IMG/VR virus record: IMGVR_UViG_3300025392_000148
Span: 1 to 28,821 of that record
Direction: 5' to 3' (one strand)
Source: a virus
Lineage: Duplodnaviria; Caudoviricetes
Length of the DNA: 28,821 nt
Part shown: piece after piece, positions 20,792 through 27,816 of the stretch
Layout: each line of letters starts with the position of its first letter
Numbering within the stretch: the first letter of the stretch is position 1
Program-made: the position numbers and the translations under genes
The notes under the pieces: model-generated
Seen by the model: the letters and a program-made list of their open reading frames with translations, nothing else
The model's database searches: none
What the model was told of the DNA's origin: nothing

Positions 20792-21723
20792 AATACTTAT
20801 TAGCCGTATTACTCTGCATCAACACAGCATTTGCCGCTACATTCCCCAATGGGCCTGTTACTATTATTGTACCGTTGCCAGCTGGTTCAGGTCCCGATGT
20901 TATGGCTAGACACTTGGCAGAACAACTGACTGCTCGATGGAATCAACCAGTCGTCATCGAGAATCGTCCCGGTGCCAATGGTCTTATTGCTATGGATGCT
21001 TTTGTAAACGAAGTAAACAATCCTGGCTTAACCCTATATCTTGCTACATCAGAAAATATAGTTTCTTTTCCAATACTCTACCAGGAAACTCCATTTCATA
21101 ATATTACCATGCCTGTAGCGCCATTCTTTAAGAATGACTTAATGCTGTTTACTAGTTCAGCAACTGCTAACTATAAAGATTTGCAAGAACAGATTGTTCG
21201 TCGACCTATATTTGGTACACAGGCTTTAGGTTCCAGTAGCCACTTGGCCGGACTAGAGCTTGCTCAACACATTACAAAAACTCCAGGTACAGCAATTCCT
21301 TATAAAGAATATAATCAATGGTTTGTTGAAGTTGCTAATCAAACTATTACCTACGGATTTGGCACAGTGGCTAGCACTCGTGGATTAGAAGAAAAAGGTC
21401 GATTGCGATATATTGCAACTACTGGTAAGCAGAGAAATCCAGACTACCCTAAGGTACCAACTATTAAAGAATTGGCGGGCATTGACGTAACTAATGTGGG
21501 CTGGCTAGCCTTTTATGCCAGCAGAAATTTAAGTGCTGGCAATCAAACTCAGCTAATACAAGACTTAAATGATGTTATACACAGTACAGCTATGACCAAT
21601 GCAATTACCAATGTTAGCTATCAACCATATACTGGTTCATTGTCAGATTTCAATAATCAGACTAAGTTGGATATTCAACGATTTCAAATTTTGATTAAAA
21701 AATACGATATAAAACTCAATTGA
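20788..21723 (+). CDS. Bug/TctC-family (tripartite tricarboxylate transporter) periplasmic substrate-binding protein
   Basis: Signal peptide MKYLLAVLLCINTAFA, then FPNGPVTIIVPLPAGSGPDVMAR...QPVVIENRPGANG, GSSSHLA, IPYK and PKVPTIKE, the hallmark Bug motifs. Confidence 0.9.
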   Translation: MKYLLAVLLCINTAFAATFPNGPVTIIVPLPAGSGPDVMARHLAEQLTARWNQPVVIENRPGANGLIAMDAFVNEVNNPGLTLYLATSENIVSFPILYQETPFHNITMPVAPFFKNDLMLFTSSATANYKDLQEQIVRRPIFGTQALGSSSHLAGLELAQHITKTPGTAIPYKEYNQWFVEVANQTITYGFGTVASTRGLEEKGRLRYIATTGKQRNPDYPKVPTIKELAGIDVTNVGWLAFYASRNLSAGNQTQLIQDLNDVIHSTAMTNAITNVSYQPYTGSLSDFNNQTKLDIQRFQILIKKYDIKLN

Positions 21724-21748
21724 CCTTACAACAACTTTCATCTATACT
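21720..21748 (+). promoter_or_regulatory. Sigma70-like promoter, predicted leaderless gp46 mRNA
   Basis: TTGACC-N17-TATACT, then 7 nt to the ATG at 21756. The -35 overlaps the Bug stop codon, and there is no SD. Confidence 0.72.
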
Positions 21749-21755
21749 TGACTAA

Positions 21756-23525
21756 ATGTTCAAACTTAAAAATCTAACGGTAAAAAACTTTATGAGTGTG
21801 GGTAATGCCACACAGGCCATCGATTTCGATCGCAAGGACTTGACACTGGTCTTAGGCGAGAATTTGGATTTAGGTGGCGACGATACCGGTGCTAGAAATG
21901 GTACAGGTAAAACCACTATCATTAATGCATTAAGTTATAGTTTGTTTGGCAATGCGCTGACAAACATTAAGAAAGATAACTTAATTAACAAAACCAACGG
22001 TAAAAATATGTTAGTCACTGTTGAGTTTGAATGCGATGGTACTAGTTATAAAATTGAACGTGGTCGCAAACCAAATACCATGGCATTTTATATTGGTGAT
22101 CAAGAACAAGACATTACTGATGAAAGTCAAGGCGATAGCAGAGAAACACAGGCTGAAATTGAACGCTTGTTAAATATGAGTCACGATATGTTCAAGCATA
22201 TTGTTGCTCTTAATACATACACTGAACCATTTTTAGCACTTAAAGCCAATGATCAACGTACTATAATTGAGCAGTTACTTGGTATTACATTGTTAAGTGA
22301 AAAGGCTGATCGATTAAAAGAACAAAATAAAGCTACTAAAGATGCTATTACTCAAGAAGAGTTTCGCATCAAAGCAGTCAGCGATGCTAACAGGCGTATT
22401 GAAGAACAAATTGAAAGTCTGAAGCGCCGGCAGGGACTATGGATATCTAAACATGAAGAAGAGACGCAAAAGTTACAGGTCGGAATTGAGGAGTTACAGA
22501 AAATTGACATCCAGGCCGAGATTCAGGCACACCAAGCGTTCAAGACGTGGGATCAAACTCGCAAGGATATCAATGAACTATCGTCGGCGATTAGTCGGAC
22601 AAAGCTGGACCTTGGTAGGGAAGAAAAAACTATTAGCAAGATATCAGCAGAACTTGTTTCGCTGGAGAATCATACGTGCCATACCTGCGGTCAAGAGTTC
22701 TATGACGAGAAGCACCAACAAGTTCTGGGACAGAAGCAGAGAGATTTGGCAGGAGCAACAGAGTCGGCGCAAACACTTACTGCCACATTGGCTGAACTAC
22801 AGTCTGCTCACAATGGGTTGGGCAAGTTAGGTCCACGTCCTGAAACGTTTTATGATCGAGAGTCGGATGCTATTCATCATCAAGCTACAGTTGACAGTTT
22901 GATCAAACAACTAGAAACTAAACTAGCTGAAATTGATCCCTACACTGATCAAATTGCTGAAATGCAAACAACTGCGGTAGAAGAAATCGACTACGGTGTT
23001 ATGAATGAGCTCAATCGTGTTAAAGAACATCAAGAGTTTTTACTTAAACTGCTTACTAATAAAGATTCATTTATACGTAAACGTATTATTGATCAAAATT
23101 TAAGTTATCTAAATGCTCGTTTAGGACAGTATCTAGATCGCATTGGTTTACCGCATACAGTCAAGTTTAATAACGACCTAAGCGTAAGCATTGAAGAACT
23201 AGGTCGTGAACTGGACTTTGATAATTTAAGTCGCGGAGAACGCAATCGTTTGATACTTTCATTATCGTGGGCTTTCCGTGATGTATGGGAAAACTTATAT
23301 AATAAGATTAATTTATTATTCATCGACGAAGTTATTGATACAGGTATGGATAGCTCGGGTGTTGAAAATAGTCTAGCAATCTTAAAGAAAATGGCACGTG
23401 AAGGTGATCGTAGTGTATGGTTAGTATCACACAAAGACGAATTAGCCGGACGTGTTAATAACATTCTAACAGTAGTTAAGGAAAATGGATTTACAACCTA
23501 CAACACCGACGTCGATATTACTTAA
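21756..23525 (+). CDS. gp46: Recombination ATPase subunit, gp46/SbcC/Rad50-like
   Basis: KNFMSVG, Walker A NGTGKTT, coiled coils with the zinc hook CHTCGQ, signature LSRGE, Walker B LLFIDEVIDTGMD and H-loop VSHK. Confidence 0.95.
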   Translation: MFKLKNLTVKNFMSVGNATQAIDFDRKDLTLVLGENLDLGGDDTGARNGTGKTTIINALSYSLFGNALTNIKKDNLINKTNGKNMLVTVEFECDGTSYKIERGRKPNTMAFYIGDQEQDITDESQGDSRETQAEIERLLNMSHDMFKHIVALNTYTEPFLALKANDQRTIIEQLLGITLLSEKADRLKEQNKATKDAITQEEFRIKAVSDANRRIEEQIESLKRRQGLWISKHEEETQKLQVGIEELQKIDIQAEIQAHQAFKTWDQTRKDINELSSAISRTKLDLGREEKTISKISAELVSLENHTCHTCGQEFYDEKHQQVLGQKQRDLAGATESAQTLTATLAELQSAHNGLGKLGPRPETFYDRESDAIHHQATVDSLIKQLETKLAEIDPYTDQIAEMQTTAVEEIDYGVMNELNRVKEHQEFLLKLLTNKDSFIRKRIIDQNLSYLNARLGQYLDRIGLPHTVKFNNDLSVSIEELGRELDFDNLSRGERNRLILSLSWAFRDVWENLYNKINLLFIDEVIDTGMDSSGVENSLAILKKMAREGDRSVWLVSHKDELAGRVNNILTVVKENGFTTYNTDVDIT

Positions 23526-24486
23526 TTACCGACGTATACACATTGAAATAAGCAGTAAGTGTACTCTTAAATGTCCACGGTGTCCTCGCACAGAATTAAA
23601 ACCTGAAGCGTTGAATCGAGAAATCAGCTTATTAGAGTTTCAACGTGCATTTACCGCAGACTTATTAAGTGAGATAGACGAAATAACATTCTGTGGCGAT
23701 ATAGGTGATCCTATATATGCCCGAGACTTTCTGCCTATTGTGGAATACATTAAACAGAGTAGATTTGATACTCGTTTAGTTATTGTTACTAACGGTAGTT
23801 ACAAAGATGCTGCGTGGTGGACCAAACTAGGCGAGTTATTAAACAACCACGATACTGTGACTTTTAGCGTAGACGGCTGGGATCAAGCATCAAATGAACA
23901 GTATAGAGTTAATAGCGACTTTGCGAGTATCATTGCAGGTGCTAAAACCTTACGTGCTAATAGTAATTGTATAATGAATTGGTCAGCTATCTATTTTAGT
24001 TTTAACGAACTTGAAATGCAACACATACAAGATCTAGCCGCAGAGTTGGGTTTTGATACATTCCATCGTGTACACAGTACCAAATTTGATGGTGCCTATT
24101 TATTAGACGGAACCGATCCACTTAAGCCCAGCGCACAGTATGTACAACACGCTGGTAAGTATGTAGTCGATCGACATAGCCTAGGCACTAGAGGAGTCTC
24201 GTTACCGTTGCATCGATGGGACCGTAGAGAACGGCATCCCTGGGCACGTTGTATAAACGGTGACAAAGAAATGTTTATCAATGTAGACGGATTAGTATTT
24301 CCTTGTCCTTGGTTTAACTCGGGCTATCTGTATAACGACTTTGTAGACAAGTATCGAGATCAAATTAATATTAAAACACGAACACTAAAAGAAATACTAG
24401 CAGATCCACTATGGGAAGAACTATATACACGTTTTGAAATAGCGCCACTAGATATTTGCCAACTGAAATGTAAAAATGCTCAATAA
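23485..24486 (+). CDS. Radical SAM protein with C-terminal SPASM/twitch domain (start codon uncertain)
   Basis: CTLKCPRC, FCGDIGDP, TNGS and FSVDG motifs. C-terminal ARC...INVDGLVFPCPW...ICQLKC. It overlaps the end of gp46 by 41 nt. Confidence 0.88.
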   Translation: MDLQPTTPTSILLNYRRIHIEISSKCTLKCPRCPRTELKPEALNREISLLEFQRAFTADLLSEIDEITFCGDIGDPIYARDFLPIVEYIKQSRFDTRLVIVTNGSYKDAAWWTKLGELLNNHDTVTFSVDGWDQASNEQYRVNSDFASIIAGAKTLRANSNCIMNWSAIYFSFNELEMQHIQDLAAELGFDTFHRVHSTKFDGAYLLDGTDPLKPSAQYVQHAGKYVVDRHSLGTRGVSLPLHRWDRRERHPWARCINGDKEMFINVDGLVFPCPWFNSGYLYNDFVDKYRDQINIKTRTLKEILADPLWEELYTRFEIAPLDICQLKCKNAQ

Positions 24487-25732
24487 AGATATATTCTGTA
24501 ACATACCCTGGGTAGAAGTTCACATCAATGCCGATGGAACTTATCACTCTTGTGGCGCACAACCTAATACTATAAGTAATACGCCAGCAGGTATAACCAA
24601 TAATGTGCATCAGATGACTATCCCGGAATGGATCAATAGTGAACATCAGCGTCGTGCTAGAAAAAATAAGTTAGAGGGTGTAGAAGAACCACTATGTGGC
24701 ATGTGCTATGCCGAGGATGCTAGCGGATCAAGTAGCAAACGTGTTAAAGAAAATTTAAAAAGCAGTATCAGTGACTTAACATTTTACAAAGATTATCCGA
24801 CTAGCCCAGACTTTAATATGTTTGAGTTTAGTCGGGCCGATGGTAGCACTGATAATTTACGCCCTTACAGTTATCATATCAGTTTAGGAAATGAATGTAA
24901 TCTTGCTTGCAAGATGTGTGGGCCAACTGCTAGCAGTCGATTAGCGGTACAAATGATTCAAGATGGGTCATACACAGGCCCGGCTCGTATGAACTGGACT
25001 ACTAACGAATCTTCGTGGAATCATGTAGTGGATTATATTTGTTCAACAGATAATCTACGTTTTGTACATATTATTGGTGGCGAGCCGCTAATGAATCCTA
25101 AATTTGAAGATTTAATTGATAGATTAATTTCTGCAGGTAAAACAGATATCTATTTAGGGTTTACTACAAACGGCACTATGGTTAATATACCGTTGATTAA
25201 AAAGTTAAATGTATTTAGGCATGTGGACATTGGCATTAGCATAGAGGCTGCCGGTGCGTTGAACAATGCTATCCGTGATGGTTCTACTACAGAAACAGTA
25301 CTAGATAACATAGATATCTACTTAAAATACCGCCGCGAGGCACATGTTTATGTTACGTTAAGGGCTGTACCTAGTGCATTGAGTGTACACACGCTTGATG
25401 AACTATATCATTGGTGCATCAGTCGCCGATTAGATGTTGTAACTAATATGCTTACCTTTCCAGAATATCAGCAAATACGCAACTTGCCGGACTTGGTTAA
25501 ACAGCGATTGTTAGATCAATACGGTCAGTGGGAATACAGTGAGCCTTTACCGGGTACAAGTGATCCTAGAGATCCAAATAGATTTAGAGAACACATTGAT
25601 AGCGAAATACGTGCTATTATAAATTGCTTACAGCAACCAGCTGATCCTGTGTTAACAGCAGAGCTATACCGCAAATTAACGGCTTGGGGATGGTTAGATG
25701 ATCCAAATCTCAAGAAATATTTTGAAATTTAA
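24476..25732 (+). CDS. Radical SAM protein with N-terminal SPASM/twitch-like Cys cluster
   Basis: FCNIPW..INADGTYHSCG..CGMCY, then CNLACKMC, IIGGEP, TTNGT and ISIE. Confidence 0.88.
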   Translation: MLNKDIFCNIPWVEVHINADGTYHSCGAQPNTISNTPAGITNNVHQMTIPEWINSEHQRRARKNKLEGVEEPLCGMCYAEDASGSSSKRVKENLKSSISDLTFYKDYPTSPDFNMFEFSRADGSTDNLRPYSYHISLGNECNLACKMCGPTASSRLAVQMIQDGSYTGPARMNWTTNESSWNHVVDYICSTDNLRFVHIIGGEPLMNPKFEDLIDRLISAGKTDIYLGFTTNGTMVNIPLIKKLNVFRHVDIGISIEAAGALNNAIRDGSTTETVLDNIDIYLKYRREAHVYVTLRAVPSALSVHTLDELYHWCISRRLDVVTNMLTFPEYQQIRNLPDLVKQRLLDQYGQWEYSEPLPGTSDPRDPNRFREHIDSEIRAIINCLQQPADPVLTAELYRKLTAWGWLDDPNLKKYFEI

Positions 25733-25740
25733 GGTAGAGT

Positions 25741-25749
25741 GATAACTAC
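25741..25749 (+). promoter_or_regulatory. Possible late-promoter variant (GATAACTAC) before the GIY-YIG gene
   Basis: One mismatch to GATAAATAC, 5 nt upstream of the ATG at 25755. The geometry resembles the gp25 promoter. Confidence 0.4.
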
Positions 25750-25754
25750 TATGC

Positions 25755-26183
25755 ATGTCATGGCTTTTCGAAAACACTCAAGTAGAAGTTCTACCCGAAG
25801 ATTGTGTTGGTTTTGTTTATTTGATAACAAATAACTTAACCGGCAGGAAATATATTGGCAAAAAATTAGCAAAGTTTAAAAAAACCACTTATCGTATGGT
25901 TAAACTCAAAAACGGTAAGAAGAAACGTAAGAAGATACGAGGTACAATCGATAGTGATTGGCAAACCTATTATGGGTCTAGTCCAGAACTATCCAAGGAT
26001 GTGGCAGAATTAGGCGTTGACAATTTCAGTAGAGAAATACTATACTACTGCAAAAGTAAAGCAGAATGCAGTTACATTGAGGCGAGAGAACAATTTGCTC
26101 GCCGGGTACTAGAAACAACAGATTATTATAACGGACACATACAAGTCCGTGTACATGGCTCACATATTATCAACAAGATTTAG
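25755..26183 (+). CDS. Small stand-alone GIY-YIG nuclease-family protein (142 aa)
   Basis: GFVYLITNNLTGRKYIGKK (GIY-YIG), YYGSS, FSREIL, conserved Glu helix (SYIEAREQF) and YYN. It has a Lys/Arg-rich insertion and no C-terminal DNA-binding domain. Confidence 0.82.
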   Translation: MSWLFENTQVEVLPEDCVGFVYLITNNLTGRKYIGKKLAKFKKTTYRMVKLKNGKKKRKKIRGTIDSDWQTYYGSSPELSKDVAELGVDNFSREILYYCKSKAECSYIEAREQFARRVLETTDYYNGHIQVRVHGSHIINKI

Positions 26184-26230
26184 TTCTTCAGACAAAAAGT
26201 CTAACTGCTTTAAAACCCATTAACAGTAAC

Positions 26231-26590
26231 AGGCTCGCACAGGCCAAACACGTGTGCCTATGACAACTCGATAATAAGAGGGACGGAAATCTTGCCGCTG
26301 TAGCAAGTGCTCAATCACTATCCTTAACAGGACGAAGATCGCTAATCGCCGCGGTTTGATTGTTTGAAGAACTAGATAAGGCTAAAAAGACGTGCTAGTG
26401 ATAGCACACGGTTAATATGTATGTTAGCGTATATGTATTAATCCGCCGTTGTAAAAAGACGCAACTCGAGGTACCGGACAACCGCCTCTGTAATTTGTTG
26501 TAACGCTAAGTGACTGTGCTACTCGGATAATGCTACAGATCTTAACTTTGCCCTGTGCGGGCAAAGTGTGACCAATTAATCTGGATAATA
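26231..26590 (+). ncRNA. Putative large structured non-coding RNA of unrecognised family (boundaries approximate)
   Basis: The 495-nt gap has no listed ORF in an otherwise gap-free genome. At least 7 stems were found by eye, including a three-way junction (26312-26362), a GUGA GNRA-loop hairpin (26392-26407), a G-U-rich ~14-bp stem (26410-26443) and a perfect 9-bp stem (26545-26567). Confidence 0.6.
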
Positions 26591-26624
26591 CTTAAAAACA
26601 GCAATAGTTCTTATATAGTGTTTA

Positions 26625-26679
26625 AAAGAAAAAAACATTAACGAGCAAAGCGAAGTTAATAGATCTGCGAAGTAGATCT
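26625..26679 (-). terminator. Tandem hairpins plus T-tract right after the minus-strand stop; possible intrinsic terminator
   Basis: Minus strand: AGATCT-acttcgc-AGATCT, ATTAAC-N12-GTTAAT, then GTTTTTTTCTTTT. The stems are AT-rich, so it would be weak. Confidence 0.35.
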
Positions 26680-26897
26680 TAAAAGAATGGCAATCCTGAT
26701 TCTTTAGTAGTATCTAAATTAGATTCAATAATTGCACTAATTAATTTTCTATCTTCATAACTAAGCATCATGGCGTCATCGTAAGAGATACTACCACGCA
26801 TGAACCAACATGCTGTTAGGAGGTCTTTCTTCGTGGCTTTTGCATCCTTGTCGAGACTTTCTAGTAGTTCGACAATTTCCTCATTTGGTAATGTCAA
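26679..26897 (-). CDS. gp51-like hub assembly / tail chaperone C-terminal segment, probably expressed by -1 frameshift from the upstream gene
   Basis: CWFMRGSISYDDAMMLSYEDRKLI resembles the gp51/tail-chaperone-T motif. It has only a TTG start, and its frame is open back through the slippery site. Confidence 0.7.
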   Translation of the reverse strand: MTLPNEEIVELLESLDKDAKATKKDLLTACWFMRGSISYDDAMMLSYEDRKLISAIIESNLDTTKESGLPFF

Positions 26898-26902
26898 AAG
26901 CC

Positions 26903-27751
26903 TTATGCGAAAAAAGTTGATTGCTCAAATATAAACGGTGTAACAAACTCTTTATTACATTCGGTATTTTCGCAAGCTAGTGTTAATTCTGTGTATTTGT
27001 TATTAGTTGATTGAATAGCTTCTAATTGATCTTTGATTGCTGTCCAAACTGACTTATCGCAGTTGTCTAAGAATTCACGGATAAATGTTTGATCTTCGAC
27101 CACTTGCCCATCTTCTGTCTTAATGCCTGCAATACTTTTACCAACTTGGTTAATACCTGTTTCAATTAGTCGTTGAAATAATATATCAAATTCTTTTGTC
27201 TTTTGTTCATCAGTAAGTTCTTGATTCTGAACTAACTGTATAATACGTTGCTCTTCAAAGTTCATCAAATTATTTTTATTAAAATCTTCGTAGCTTTGAG
27301 GCTTTAACAAAATTTCTAAATTATTAACTTTTACAGTAGTAGACCAATCGGCTAGTGTAATTTTGTCTAGTAGCACAGATAAATCTAATGCTTTTTCATT
27401 TTTACTGCCACAATGTGGGCATGCCGCAGTAAATTCCATTTCTTTACCGTATGTGGCTAAACGAATAGCAATTAGTACTGGATCTAAGTCAACTGTTGGC
27501 ATCTTCCACGCATCTTTAATAGCAGGACAGCAACTTTCAATGACATGCACAGTACTTGAGCCATTCATTAATGCATCTGGTGTTTTCATAGTTATTTCGT
27601 CTCTAGCAGTCATAGCATAGATAGGAACTTCACCTGTAACAGGTATATTAACTGCACCTTCAGCGTACCAACGTCCGTTACTAGGTAACTTTAAATATAA
27701 AACTGGTTGTCTAAAGTGTTTAGCTAAGGGGTTATTGGATAAATTGCCCAT
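26903..27751 (-). CDS. gp26: Baseplate hub assembly chaperone, T4 gp26-like
   Basis: YLKLPSNG...VPIYAMTARDEITMK...VDLDPVLIAIRLATYG...CPHCG and a C-terminal C..C follow the gp26-type pattern. It has a GGAG SD and lies next to the tape measure gene. Confidence 0.8.
   Translation of the reverse strand: MGNLSNNPLAKHFRQPVLYLKLPSNGRWYAEGAVNIPVTGEVPIYAMTARDEITMKTPDALMNGSSTVHVIESCCPAIKDAWKMPTVDLDPVLIAIRLATYGKEMEFTAACPHCGSKNEKALDLSVLLDKITLADWSTTVKVNNLEILLKPQSYEDFNKNNLMNFEEQRIIQLVQNQELTDEQKTKEFDILFQRLIETGINQVGKSIAGIKTEDGQVVEDQTFIREFLDNCDKSVWTAIKDQLEAIQSTNNKYTELTLACENTECNKEFVTPFIFEQSTFFA
26909..26915 (-). other. Putative programmed -1 ribosomal frameshift site T-TTT-TTC
   Basis: ACT TTT TTC GCA TAA is an in-phase X XXY YYZ heptamer just before the stop. 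The -1 frame reads CGC ATA AGG CTT TTG ACA TTA CCA, continuous with ORF 26679-26897. Confidence 0.7.
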
Positions 27752-27762
27752 TTTTGAATCTC

Positions 27763-27789
27763 CATAAATAGTTGATATATGTACTTATC
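27763..27789. promoter_or_regulatory. Face-to-face pair of putative late promoters between divergent genes
   Basis: CATAAATA on + (27763-27770) points to the tape measure gene. GATAAGTAC on - (27781-27789) points to the gp26-like gene. Confidence 0.55.
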
Positions 27790-27816
27790 TGAAAAATTAA
27801 CGGCGTAGATTAAAAT

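Noticed and set aside
16768-21723. Bacterial chromosomal DNA or a chimeric assembly explaining the metabolic genes
   Set aside because: The cargo genes overlap phage core genes at stop/start codons, have similar AT-rich composition by eye, and show no mobile-element ends.
26312-26362. Hammerhead ribozyme (three-way junction containing GGACGAA)
   Set aside because: The CUGAnGA core is missing before stem II, and GAAA reads GAAG.
25755-26678. Group I intron or classical homing endonuclease cassette
   Set aside because: No interrupted host gene flanks it, no recognisable P7 (R/S) elements were found, and the nuclease has no DNA-binding tail.
26184-26678. tRNA, tmRNA, RNase P RNA or CRISPR array
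   Set aside because: There is no GTTCGA T-loop or CCA acceptor end, no GAGGAAAGTCC motif and no regularly spaced direct repeats.
15803-27620. Short nested or antisense ORFs over the gp55-to-gp26 region (e.g. 22453-22830, 23105-23464, 18206-18475, 27363-27620) as overlapping genes or RiPP precursors
   Set aside because: They lie within or largely overlap well-supported genes, with no evident RBS or recognisable motif. The basic composition of 22453-22830 is an off-frame effect of the coiled-coil codons.
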